Positions 24,479 through 37,129 of a stretch of DNA of 64,000 nt are shown piece by piece (the stretch's first letter is position 1; each line of letters starts with the position of its first letter). A program made the translations under genes and the position numbers. A model generated the notes under the pieces. It did no database searches. It saw nothing but the letters and a program-made list of their open reading frames with translations, and was not told the origin of the DNA. The DNA is from Octopus bimaculoides (lineage: Eukaryota): contig NC_068995.1 of NCBI RefSeq assembly GCF_001194135.2, positions 19,060,688 through 19,124,687 on the forward strand. The letters run 5' to 3'.

Positions 24479-25954
24479 AGACCTCACACAATAATATTAA
24501 AGCAAAATACAGATTAAGAGGAAACTTCACTCTGCTCTCTAGTTCTTAGTAAACTCTCTTTCTCTTCGTCTCTTACTCTGAAAGCAAACATAGGTTGCAG
24601 CACCAACAGTCGCCAGTCAAATTTCCCACGCATATACATATACATATATATACATATATATACATGTTACTCTCCTCCCCAATATGACGTGATCATTGAC
24701 GGCCAAAGGCGGACTTTCGTTTTGGTGTTGCCTTCGACTGGACTGATCATGATTTCATGAGCTCCGCGCTCTACCCCTCTCTTGTTTATAGTTTTTTTTT
24801 AGGACAGTTTTCATTTCTCCTTCACGTTTACCATTTTTATCATGTCTTGGAAACATAAGGCTTTTTTTTTTTTGCTGTGTATGTATTATTTTAATTTCAA
24901 ATGTTTTTTTGCGTGTGGTCCTAGTCTTTATTCTGTTTATTTTCCTGTCCGTCGTCCGTTTACTAGCTGTCTCGTCCCTAATCCGTCTCGTCTTCTTATG
25001 TTTGGTCCCATTCCCGCCACGTTTCTTGCCGGTGCCTCTAGAGTAGAAGGAATATTATCGATAACGGCCGAAATTGCAGTTTAACCGATAACTGAAGAGA
25101 AGTTGGTGACCTTCTGCGTTTTCTGTTCGACTGCGTAGCTAGTATCTATTCGCATGTTTATTTACTACACCTTTTTTTTATAATATATATATATATAAAT
25201 ATATATACAAACACAGGTATGTCATATTTTCCGTTTCTTGCCTTTTTATTTAATCATGAATATATTTATGTAACGCAGGAACTCATTCCTATTTTTACCC
25301 ATTTGTAGAAATATTCTTGGAATATTTTTGTGCCACTCTGTGAGTCTGTCACCCTCTCTCTTTATATATGTCTTATACTGATGCACAATTAATTGTATAA
25401 TTCTATTCTATTTGCAAGTGTGTTTGTTCTTCTTTTTCTCCGTCGCCCGGCTGGCTCGGCAACAGTCATTCGCACTTAACAACGATCATAATTTTTTCAC
25501 TAATAGTTTCATCTCTAATTCAGGAATTATGAACATTGCAATATTACGCTGTTTGTCAGAATAATTTTTCAAATTGTCGAAATAAAAAAGATCATCCCCT
25601 AATATGGCATTTGCATTAAATTATTTGTGCTTGCATTTTGCTAGGTCTTACATTATATATGATTAATCTAATGAAAATTATGGATACAAATTTGATATTC
25701 CAAGAAATATATCTATTTAAATGTTAATAGTCTTTATTTCGTGTTATATGCTTTTCTCAATAAATATAGAAATTAGAGATTTGTCCAAAATGCTAAGAAA
25801 GTGTGTAGAAGGCTGACACTAAAAGATATTGAAATCAAAACAATTAATGAATAACGATCTTTTCCTGAGTGCATAATATTCTATCTGCAGAGTATATATA
25901 GTATTTCAGAAAAGTCTTTCGTTTCGCAGAGATATGTACGCCAAAATTTCTATA

Positions 25955-25998
<44 letters not shown>

Positions 25999-27552
25999 NN
26001 NNNNNNNNNNNNNNNNNNNNNNNNNNNNNNNNNNNNNNNNNNNNNNNNNNNNNNNNNNNNNNNNNNNNNNNNNNNNNNNNNNNNNNNNNNNNNNNNNNNN
26101 NNNNNNNNNNNNNNNNNNNNNNNNNNNNNNNNNNNNNNNNNNNNNNNNNNNNNNNNNNNNNNNNNNNNNNNNNNNNNNNNNNNNNNNNNNNNNNNNNNNN
26201 NNNNNNNNNNNNNNNNNNNNNNNNNNNNNNNNNNNNNNNNNNNNNNNNNNNNNNNNNNNNNNNNNNNNNNNNNNNNNNNNNNNNNNNNNNNNNNNNNNNN
26301 NNNNNNNNNNNNNNNNNNNNNNNNNNNNNNNNNNNNNNNNNNNNNNNNNNNNNNNNNNNNNNNNNNNNNNNNNNNNNNNNNNNNNNNNNNNNNNNNNNNN
26401 NNNNNNNNNNNNNNNNNNNNNNNNNNNNNNNNNNNNNNNNNNNNNNNNNNNNNNNNNNNNNNNNNNNNNNNNNNNNNNNNNNNNNNNNNNNNNNNNNNNN
26501 NNNNNNNNNNNNNNNNNNNNNNNNNNNNNNNNNNNNNNNNNNNNNNNNNNNNNNNNNNNNNNNNNNNNNNNNNNNNNNNNNNNNNNNNNNNNNNNNNNNN
26601 NNNNNNNNNNNNNNNNNNNNNNNNNNNNNNNNNNNNNNNNNNNNNNNNNNNNNNNNNNNNNNNNNNNNNNNNNNNNTATATATATATACATCTATGTAGA
26701 TAGATTGATACAGCAATAATACCATAATTATTGCCATACACACTGTTGTGTGCGTGAGCGCTGACCAGTGTGTGTGTGTGTGTGCGAATTTGAAAGTACT
26801 TTTGTATCGAAACCTCATTTATAAAACGACACATATAGAACATATTTTCACCAAAGTACAACAGACCCACGTGTTTGCGAAAGATCAAGGGTCGATCATT
26901 AATTAGCAGAATCCGCGAAAAGAACAAAAAAAAAACAACATTATATGATGTTAATAGCATTACAATTAATTATCATTTCCGTGAAAGAAAGAATGATAAT
27001 TTGTTTTTATGCAATACTAAAAAAGAAACAACCATTATCATTACATTCTGCACTCTCTGCAAACTTGAAGATAGAAGGATGAAGAGGATTTACTGCAATT
27101 TCTCACACATTTGAGCAACTTCCGGTCGTTCGAATGAGTATATTTCGTGAGTGATTGTGTAAAATTGATGTCAATTATTCACAGATCATTTTCCTGCTTC
27201 TTACATGTGAATTTTATTAACTTCTTTGTTCGTTTCATATCTAATGTTTATTCTGATATTTGTTCAAATTTTCGCAATATTCAGACGGAACGCCAAATGC
27301 CTTAACTCGATATGTGAAAAGTAGGAAATGTAAAACTCGAAAAAAATTTCGAAGCATGAATTTACTCATGCTACTCAGAAAGCAAACGTAATTACGTGTA
27401 ATATCATATATACAGACACATGCACGAAAGTGAGATATCATGTCTGTATATATATGTGTGTGTATGGTCGTGCGTGTGAGTCTGTCTGTCAGTATATGTG
27501 TGTGTATGTATATATATGCATCTATGTATGTGTCTGTTTTCACATATATATA

Positions 27553-28200
27553 GAAACATTATTCTTTCTAAATCTATCAAAGGGAGATATTCAGTAACAG
27601 TTCTTTAAAGTAAGGGCTACTTGCCTACATAATGTGGCTTTCCAGCAAGGGACGATTGTTACTGTTCTTTAGCCCCAAGAAACATCGTTTCTAGCTTGCT
27701 ATACGACACACTATATGTGTCCTTATATTTTCGAGTAGGGAATTCAGCATCCCCACCCAGCACAAAACAACATTTGTGGACTAGTTTCAGGGTTATTGTC
27801 CTTTATCAACACAGAGTAGCTGCTCGGCTAGGCGGCGCTGTTGAATTCACGGTTCGAGCTTATAAATTTCAAAATGACACAACCACAGTTCTAAAAATAC
27901 AAATACTATTATTTCTAAATCATTCAAGCTGTGAATTCAGCAGCTGAAAAGCTGTGTTGATAAAGAGCAATAAACCCTGAAACTAGTTCACAGATGTTGT
28001 TTTGTGCTGGATGGGGATGCTGAATTCCCTTTCCGAAAATATAGGGACACAGCCTGTGTGTCGTATAGCCAGCTAGAATCGATGTGTCTTTGGGCAAATG
28101 AATAGTAACAACGTCCCTTCCAGGACAGCCATAGCTTTTACTTTACAGAACTGTTACCGAATGTTTCTGTCTCACAGAGATTTATAAATAACAGTTTTTC
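27553..28200. mobile_element. Fold-back/MITE-like element with ~300-bp inverted arms
   Basis: 27738-27794 versus the reverse complement of 27973-28029 is 54/57 identical. Pairing extends outwards to TA|GAAAC...TTTTC|TA and inwards to a ~65-bp AT-rich spacer. No ORF. Confidence 0.85.
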
Positions 28201-28263
28201 TATTTTTAGAACAATCGCTATGTGTTACTTTGTAATCTTTATTATTATTATTATTATTATTAT

Positions 28264-29057
28264 TCAGTAGTTTTATTTTTATAACGTGCTTTCACTTCAC
28301 TACCGAGCGCAGCTCTGTGCGCCTTGGGTACGTGCTGTGGTTTGCTGTGGTGCTCTTATGTTTACTGTATTGAAAGTGTTTTGCGTAGAATGTGTGCAGT
28401 ACCCAGTAGTGCAATTTTCTGTATGTTATATATATTTGTAAGTCCTGGTGTTTTTGTTATGTATTTGTCTGAATATTTTTTTATTATACCTAAGGCACCT
28501 ACTATGATAGGAATTGTTTCTGTTTTTAGATTCCACATTCGAGTTATCTCTATTTCCAGGTCTTTGTATTTTGAAAGTTTTTCCATTTCTTTTAGAGAAA
28601 CNNNNNNNNNNNNNNNNNNNNNNNNNNNNNNNNNNNNNNNNNNNNNNNNNNNNNNNNNNNNNNNNNNNNNNNNNNNNNNNNNNNNNNNNNNNNNNNNNNN
28701 NNNNNNNNNNNNNNNNNNNNNNNNNNNNNNNNNNNNNNNNNNNNNNNNNNNNNNNNNNNNNNNNNNNNNNNNNNNNNNNNNNNNNCTGTGACCTTTTCTG
28801 GCGTGTGTTTATACCATCTTTTTTCTGTTGCTATTCCATAATGTTGGCATAGCTTCCAGTGTATATAGGTCCCAGCTCTGTCGTGTCTGTGAATATATTC
28901 CTTCTTAGCCAGGACTGGGCAGCCAGAGATAATATGATTTATTGTTTCTTGTCGATCTCCACATATTCTACAGTTACTTGTTATATTTCTTTTCATTATG
29001 TGTTTTTTGGTAATTTCTGGTGGGGAGGCTTTGGTCTTGTGCAGCAATTAAAAATCC

Positions 29058-29058
<1 letters not shown>
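28264..29058 (-). mobile_element. 5'-truncated R4/Dong-clade non-LTR retrotransposon (CCHC knuckle plus restriction-like endonuclease)
   Basis: GFLIAAQDQSLPTRNYQK..; CRICGDRQETINHIISGC; RHDRAGTYIHWKLC; EKLSKYKDLEIEITRMWNLKTETIPIIVGALG...IQKIALLGTAHILRKTL*. The PD..D region falls in gap 28602-28786. Flanked by (TTA)n at 28239-28263 and 29059-29125. Confidence 0.92.
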
Positions 29059-29125
<67 letters not shown>

Positions 29126-29129
29126 CATT

Positions 29130-29320
29130 GAGGCTGTGAGCTGGCTGAATAATTAGCACTCTGCGAAATACGTTTAGCTGCATTCAAATGTCACAGAAGT
29201 TGACCTTGTGTTTCATCCTTTCAGGATCGATAAAATAAGTACCAGTTTTTTGCTGTCGTCAATGTAATTACCTAGTACCCTACCACAGATTTCAGACCTT
29301 ATGCATTTTGTAGAAAGGAT
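29130..29320 (+). mobile_element. SINE family B, diverged
   Basis: GAGGCTGTGAGCTGGCTGAAT...TTTCATCCTTTCAGGATCGATAAAATAAGTACCAG...GTAGAAAGGATT. Confidence 0.8.
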
Positions 29321-29327
29321 TGCTAGA

Positions 29328-29436
29328 TCAATTTCTATAGACTCCATAATAGGCAGGGACCTGATTACTGGAAGCTGAACGCATCTATTACGAAGAGCAC
29401 GTTTACAGAAACCGGATTATTGAATTAGTTAACCAA
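29328..29436 (+). pseudogene. L1/Tx1 ORF2 scrap (just downstream of the APE domain)
   Basis: INFYRLHNRQGPDYWKLNASI / EEHVYRNRIIELV; matches the GPGYWKLN motif that follows the endonuclease in Tx1/L1 ORF2. Confidence 0.6.
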
Positions 29437-31477
29437 TAATGTATGATCGCGGAACACGGGGATGTATAACATTTTTCTTACTTAGTACGAATAGGCGAAG
29501 ATCAAATTTATTGCTTATTAAGGTACCAGTCGTATACGAAAATCGATTATTCTAAGTGTGCGTGTTTCTCTCAGTCTTTTTCCACCTTTCTTTTCTTTTA
29601 TTTATTTCTATCTGTCTTTCTTTCTTTCCTTCTTTCTTTTTTTCCTTCTTTTTCTCTGTATTTCCCCACTGTCCTACTTATCGGCTTTATCGAAGTATCT
29701 GTGACTTGACAGAAACCAGTACGTGTACAAAATGGCGAAATGATTCGAAGAGCATGACACATTTTTGCACCTATAAAGTGCAGGCGAACGCATGATACAC
29801 GTTCACGAGTGCGCGCGTGAGTGATCTTTCGCTTATGAGTGTGTGCATGGGTGAATTCATATTTGTCGGTGTGTGTGTATTTTCATATATAAGCCTAGAT
29901 GCGTACATTTGTCAACCTATATATATATATATNNNNNNNNNNNNNNNNNNNNNNNNNNNNNNNNNNNNNNNNNNNNNNNNNNNNNNNNNNNNNNNNNNNN
30001 NNNNNNNNNNNNNNNNNNNNNNNNNNNNNNNNNNNNNNNNNNNNNNNNNNNNNNNNNNNNNNNNNNNNNNNNNNNNNNNNNNNNNNNNNNNNNNNNNNNN
30101 NNNNNNNNNNNNNNNNNNNNNNNNNNNNNNNNNNNNNNNNNNNNNNNNNNNNNNNNNNNNNNNNNNNNNNNNNNNNNNNNNNNNNNNNNNNNNNNNNNNN
30201 NNNNNNNNNNNNNNNNNNNNNNNNNNNNNNNNNNNNNNNNNNNNNNNNNNNNNNNNNNNNNNNNNNNNNNNNNNNNNNNNNNNNNNNNNNNNNNNNNNNN
30301 NNNNNNNNNNNNNNNNNNNNNNNNNNNNNNNNNNNNNNNNNNNNNNNNNNNNNNNNNNNNNNNNNNNNNNNNNNNNNNNNNNNNNNNNNNNNNNNNNNNN
30401 NNNNNNNNNNNNNNNNNNNNNNNNNNNNNNNNNNNNNNNNNNNNNNNNNNNNNNNNNNNNNNNNNNNNNNNNNNNNNNNNNNNNNNNNNNNNNNNNNNNN
30501 NNNNNNNNNNNNNNNNNNNNNNNNNNNNNNNNNNNNNNNNNNNNNNNNNNNNNNNNNNNNNNNNNNNNNNNNNNNNNNNNNNNNNNNNNNNNNNNNNNNN
30601 NNNNNNNNNNNNNNNNNNNNNNNNNNNNNNNNNNNNNNNNNNNNNNNNNNNNNNNNNNNNNNNNNNNNNNNNNNNNNNNNNNNNNNNNNNNNNNNNNNNN
30701 NNNNNNNNNNNNNNNNNNNNNNNNNNNNNNNNNNNNNNNNNNNNNNNNNNNNNNNNNNNNNNNNNNNNNNNNNNNNNNNNNNNNNNNNNNNNNNNNNNNN
30801 NNNNNNNNNNNNNNNNNNNNNNNNNNNNNNNNNNNNNNNNNNNNNNNNNNNNNNNNNNNNNNNNNNNNNNNNNNNNNNNNNNNNNNNNNNNNNNNNNNNN
30901 NNNNNNNNNNNNNNTGTGTGTGTGTGTGTGTGTGTGTGTATGTATCGAGAGTGTGAGTGAAAGAGGGGTGAAATTGGAAGAAGAAAGAGACAGTTGAACA
31001 AGTAAATGAGTTAAAATAAAAAGACAGAAACACGAAATGAAGAAAATAAAAATAAAAACAAAATACATACTAAGTAATCAAAATATGCAAAGAGAACGTT
31101 AGATGATGGAATGAAAATGTCTTTGGAGAACATATTTTAAAGTTTCTTGGCTTTTTTCTTCTCCAGGAAAGAAGCGATTGGTTTCTTTGAGGTAAACCAA
31201 GTAAAGGAAGAAAACTGAACATGACAGAACGTTAAATATATATTTAGTTAATGGCTATTGGGTTTTCCACTTTCATTCAAGTAGAAAGTGAGAAATACGA
31301 TTGTATTTGCCACAAGCATGGTATAAGTGGGTTTATACACACATACACATATATGCGCATAATATATACATATTTTATATATGCATGTCTATATCCGTAT
31401 ACATACATACACTCACACTCTCACACACACATACACACACTCACACTCACACATATATATATANNNNNNNNNNTATA

Positions 31478-31785
31478 TATAATGGACTCCGTTCGGTCAT
31501 GAATGACCATGGAATTTCACATAGAAAGTTCCCCTCTAAGACACAAGTCTGGACAATGTTGTTTTACAGAAGACCAGCAGTCGCCCATGCATACCAGCCT
31601 CCCCTCTCCACACCACTGATGTTATCCAAGGGAAAGGCAAGCAAAGGGGCCGATACAGCTCGGCACCAATGACATTGCAACTCATTTCTACGGCTGAGTG
31701 AACTGAAGTAACGTGAAATAAAGTGTCTTGCTCAAGGACACAACACACAATCCGATCCGGGAAGCGAATGTTTTCCCATGAGAGT
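31478..31785 (-). mobile_element. SINE family C
   Basis: Reverse complement contains GTTGTGTCCTTGAGCAAGACACTTTATTTCACG (CORE/Meta-like central motif) after a degenerate tRNA-like head, and a GC-richer tail ending at (TA)n. Confidence 0.75.
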
Positions 31786-33385
31786 TCCGGACCCCGGTAA
31801 TGAACTCATTTGCATACAGCCAGTCAGAGCTCACCTTAAAAATCCACATACTGTGTATTGGCACAGTACAGCCAGGCAGGCATAGAATGGTGTATGTCAC
31901 TCTGTGAGTACAGCATAGCAGGTTTCANNNNNNNNNNNNNNNNNNNNNNNNNNNNNNNNNNNNNNNNNNNNNNNNNNNNNNNNNNNNNNNNNNNNNNNNN
32001 NNNNNNNNNNNNNNNNNNNNNNNNNNNNNNNNNNNNNNNNNNNNNNNNNNNNNNNNNNNNNNNNNNNNNNNNNNNNNNNNNNNNNNNNNNNNNNNNNNNN
32101 NNNNNNNNNNNNNNNNNNNNNNNNNNNNNNNNNNNNNNNNNNNNNNNNNNNNNNNNNNNNNNNNNNNNNNNNNNNNNNNNNNNNNNNNNNNNNNNNNNNN
32201 NNNNNNNNNNNNNNNNNNNNNNNNNNNNNNNNNNNNNNNNNNNNNNNNNNNNNNNNNNNNNNNNNNNNNNNNNNNNNNNNNNNNNNNNNNNNNNNNNNNN
32301 NNNNNNNNNNNNNNNNNNNNNNNNNNNNNNNNNNNNNNNNNNNNNNNNNNNNNNNNNNNNNNNNNNNNNNNNNNNNNNNNNNNNNNNNNNNNNNNNNNNN
32401 NNNNNNNNNNNNNNNNNNNNNNNNNNNNNNNNNNNNNNNNNNNNNNNNNNNNNNNNNNNNNNNNNNNNNNNNNNNNNNNNNNNNNNNNNNNNNNNNNNNN
32501 NNNNNNNNNNNNNNNNNNNNNNNNNNNNNNNNNNNNNNNNNNNNNNNNNNNNNNNNNNNNNNNNNNNNNNNNNNNNNNNNNNNNNNNNNNNNNNNNNNNN
32601 NNNNNNNNNNNNNNNNNNNNNNNNNNNNNNNNNNNNNNNNNNNNNNNNNNNNNNNNNNNNNNNNNNNNNNNNNNNNNNNNNNNNNNNNNNNNNNNNNNNN
32701 NNNNNNNNNNNNNNNNNNNNNNNNNNNNNNNNNNNNNNNNNNNNNNNNNNNNNNNNNNNNNNNNNNNNNNNNNNNNNNNNNNNNNNNNNNNNNNNNNNNN
32801 NNNNNNNNNNNNNNNNNNNNNNNNNNNNNNNNNNNNNNNNNNNNNNNNNNNNNNNNNNNNNNNNNNNNNNNNNNGATGTCGAGAAGGGAAAATAGGTAGA
32901 TTAGTTTAAATTTATTAGAATTATTTTTACGTTGTTACATTTGTACTCGTCTAAAATGACAATAAAGTTGAATTGAGTGAATGAAAGAGAGGTGGTGTCT
33001 CTGTATTTGTGTATGCCTGTGTGTGTGTGTGTGTCTGTGTCTGTGTATGTGTGTGTGTTTGTGTGTGTGTTTGTGTGTATGTGTAGATGTTTGNNNNNNN
33101 NNNNNNNNNNNNNNNNNNNNNNNNNNNNNNNNNNNNNNNNNNNNNNNNNNNNNNNNNNNNNNNNNNNNNNNNNNNNNNNNNNNNNNNNNNNNNTCTATAT
33201 ATATATATGTAGATAGACACAGATATATATACATATACTAGATGTATATATATGTATGTATATGTATATAGAGATACATTTATGGTATATGTATGTTTGT
33301 CCCGTTGAAGTGGTGTTTACTTTATGAATGTCTCTGTCTTTACACGTGACCATATTTGTAGAAATTTGAGTGTGTGTGTGTGTGT

Positions 33386-33439
<54 letters not shown>

Positions 33440-34025
33440 NNNNNNNNNNNNNNNNNNNNNNNNNNNNNNNNNNNNNNNNNNNNNNNNNNNNNNNNNNNNN
33501 NNNNNNNNNNNNNNNNNNNNNNNNNNNNNNNNNNNNNNNNNNNNNNNNNNNNNNNNNNNNNNNNNNNNNNNNNNNNNNNNNNNNNNNNNNNNNNNNNNNN
33601 NNNNNNNNNNNNNNNNNNNNNNNNNNNNNNNNNNNNNNNNNNNNNNNNNNNNNNNNNNNNNNNNNNNNNNNNNNNNNNNNNNNNNNNNNNNNNNNNNNNN
33701 NNNNNNNNNNNNNNNNNNNNNNNNNNNNNNNNNNNNNNNNNNNNNNNNNNNNNNNNNNNNNNNNNNNNNNNNNNNNNNNNNNNNNNNNNNNNNNNNNNNN
33801 NNNNNNNNNNNNNNNNNNNNNNNNNNNNNNNNNNNNNNNNNNNNNNNNNNNNNNNNNNNNNNNNNNNNNNNNNNNNNNNNNNNNNNNNNNNNNNNNNNNN
33901 NNNNNNNNNNNNNNNNNNNNNNNNNNNNNNNNNNNNNNNNNNNNNNNNNNNNNNNNNNNNNNNNNNNNNNNNNNNNNNNNNNNNNNNNNNNNNNNNNNNN
34001 NNNNNNNNNNNNNNNNAGCCTTAGC

Positions 34026-34122
<97 letters not shown>

Positions 34123-34320
34123 GTAATCCTTTCTAATGCAGGCACTAGGCCTGAAATTTTGTTGTGTGTGTTTGTTGTGTGTGTATAAGACCTAGTTAGA
34201 TGTGTCAAAAATAATTAGTGTTAAAATCGGTTTAATTAAACTCAATTTAAAATAAGTCACTATACTACTACGACTGTTACTACTACAACTACTACTATCG
34301 CTACTACAATTACTACTACA

Positions 34321-34375
<55 letters not shown>

Positions 34376-34376
34376 T
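34026..34376. repeat. (TAA)n array 34026-34120, SINE-B tail 34124-34160 (minus strand), (CTA)n array 34260-34376
   Basis: Direct reading; TAATCCTTTCTA...AGGCCTGAAATTT is the reverse complement of the family B 3' end. Confidence 0.9.
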
Positions 34377-36537
34377 AATTTGTTTGTAAAATTATGTATA
34401 AAAATTATTAATATTACAGAGCAATTGGTATTACTAATTGGCCGTTTTATATCTTGTCATCTGGATGGAACGTAAAAAACGAAAAAGAAAAACGAAAACA
34501 AAAGAAAAATTGTGTCAAATCTGTAAAGTTATTGGTATGGAGGGAAGAAAAAATTGTTCTGGATTTGTCTGCTCAGAATCTCCCGATATGCCATTCTAAT
34601 AGAAATAATTGTTTACTTTTACGTTTAAAGTGTTGATGATGCCGAGCGCGTCGAGTTATGCCCTGGTTGTTGTGGCCATATACAGCATGTGTGCGCGCGC
34701 GAGCGTGTGTTGAACTACTCTTGTTTGTACTTATTTGCTATCTGATAATGGATGCGGTAGGGGTGGGGTATTGTTGATTATCTTGATAACGGAAATAATT
34801 TATGAAAGTGGATTGCACGAAGAAAGCTGGAAATAAACACTAGTGTGTGACGGTTGCCGATTTGTCAGGGTGTATGTTCCGACTAAGCATGTCGAGCTAG
34901 CACTCTTACGTCTACCGATGTGTGAGGATTAAATACATGTACGTTGCTTACGTTTTACGAACTACGCTAGTGTCTGCACGCTGATGACATATTATTGCTT
35001 GGCACAAGTGCCTTCCACGAACTTTTTATATTTATCAAATATATATATATATATATATATANNNNNNNNNNNNNNNNNNNNNNNNNNNNNNNNNNNNNNN
35101 NNNNNNNNNNNNNNNNNNNNNNNNNNNNNNNNNNNNNNNNNNNNNNNNNNNNNNNNNNNNNNNNNNNNNNNNNNNNNNNNNNNNNNNNNNNNNNNNNNNN
35201 NNNNNNNNNNNNNNNNNNNNNNNNNNNNNNNNNNNNNNNNNNNNNNNNNNNNNNNNNNNNNNNNNNNNNNNNNNNNNNNNNNNNNNNNNNNNNNNNNNNN
35301 NNNNNNNNNNNNNNNNNNNATATATGTTTATGTGTGTGTGCGTGCGTGTGTGTGTGTGTGTGTGTGTGTGCGTGTGTGTACCTATATATATTTATTTATT
35401 TTTAAGGAATAGCGTTGTGGAACAACTGAAGGTTTGTCTCTCGGTACTAACTTTGATGCAGTTGTTTCTTTTTTTTTACTGTATTCTCCTTCGGTTTAAA
35501 TGGTGATCCTCCATGCAGATTTCAATAATTATTTCTATAGAGTTGTGTCTTTATGCCTAATTTTACTGCGTTATTTCGTGACAATAATAAAGAGGACTGC
35601 GCATGTGTCTATCAGAACGATGAATCTAGATTGTTCCCGTAAAAAGATGATAATAGTTAAATAAATCTGTTAGTAAGAACGACACATAAAACTCAGCATC
35701 GTTTTATTATATTTATTAATTTTGTAATTGCCCCCTTTTTTTGTGTCGTCTGTATTTTTTTTATTATTTGTAGTCTTTCTTTTTATTTTTCAATACATTT
35801 TCCCGGCGCACCTAACTCAACTTCATGCCTCTCTACTGCATTCAGTGTCCCCTTTTTTATGCGTTCGAATGTGTTTCATGAATACAAATTATATGGTTTG
35901 CATCTGCATTGCGACTCATAATATTTATTGAAGCGTATATGGAAGGATAGTAGCAAGAATGTTACACGAATGCTTTTTTTTTTAATAGCCTCTATTTCTA
36001 TGTCTTTATATATTATGGATATCCCTGCATATATTAAGCATACGAAGGAGATTCTGCATAATCACTCGACTTGGTACATATGCTGTAGCCACATTTCCCA
36101 GGAATTTCACCATATCAAGTTTAAAAGAAAGAGAGCACATAGTCTTGTACAATGTAGCTCCGTATAAACCAATCATTATACAAAAAAAGAATGGAATGTC
36201 TTTCACTTATTGAAGCATTCAGTCAGCGGCGAAGCGGCACCAATTTACAATACCAGTAACTGCAAATCTGCAATGTTTCAGGTATATTAAATAGTGTCCA
36301 AGGCAATCATCATCACCACCACCACCACCAATCATCAGTATCATCATCATCATCATCATCACTGTCACCAGAGCGGCACTTTCGCCTTTGCTACACATTC
36401 ATTTAGTTGTCTACCTATGGTTTCAAAGACTAGTAAGAACTTTCAGTCAATAACCATGCGCCAAGTCTATTCTAGTTGTTTTATTTTCAGTTTGATTTGA
36501 GTATTTAGTTTCCTGATGGTAACATCATTCTTCGATT

Positions 36538-36538
36538 C

Positions 36539-36606
<68 letters not shown>

Positions 36607-36698
36607 GCTATCGTTATCGTTATTGTTGTTATCATTGTTATAATTAGACAGCAGCTTCAGAGCAGCAGTAGTAGCAGCAGCAGCAGCAGCAGCAGCAA

Positions 36699-36743
<45 letters not shown>

Positions 36744-36753
36744 AAACAGCAGT

Positions 36754-36830
<77 letters not shown>

Positions 36831-36842
36831 CAGCAGCAGCAG
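36538..36842. repeat. Compound microsatellite (TTA)n then (GCA/GTA)n
   Basis: Direct reading. Confidence 0.96.
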
Positions 36843-37129
36843 TGGTGGCGGTGTGGTATTGGTGGCGGTGCTAGTTGTGATACTTACTGGTTGAATCAAT
36901 GATTGTGATTGTGTTGACCTTACTGTTGGGAGTAAAACTGCTTCGAAACTGGTGAATGAGCTCTTCATATTTGACAGCATCATATATTTGGTATTCTTAA
37001 CTGTTATTTCTTTAGAAGCAATCGTTCACTTAAGAAATAGTTGAGATTCATTATGCAGGAGAAATGGAAAGATAATTATATTTTATCAGAACATTAAAAA
37101 ACAACCAGCATTTTCTTTTTTAAGATATA

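Noticed and set aside
29059-29320. Hypothesis that SINE family B is mobilised by the Dong element
   Set aside because: SINE-B tails read (ATT)n directly after AGAAAGG and share no 3' sequence with the Dong tail (AATAAAACTACTG(AAT)n). Adjacency alone is insufficient.
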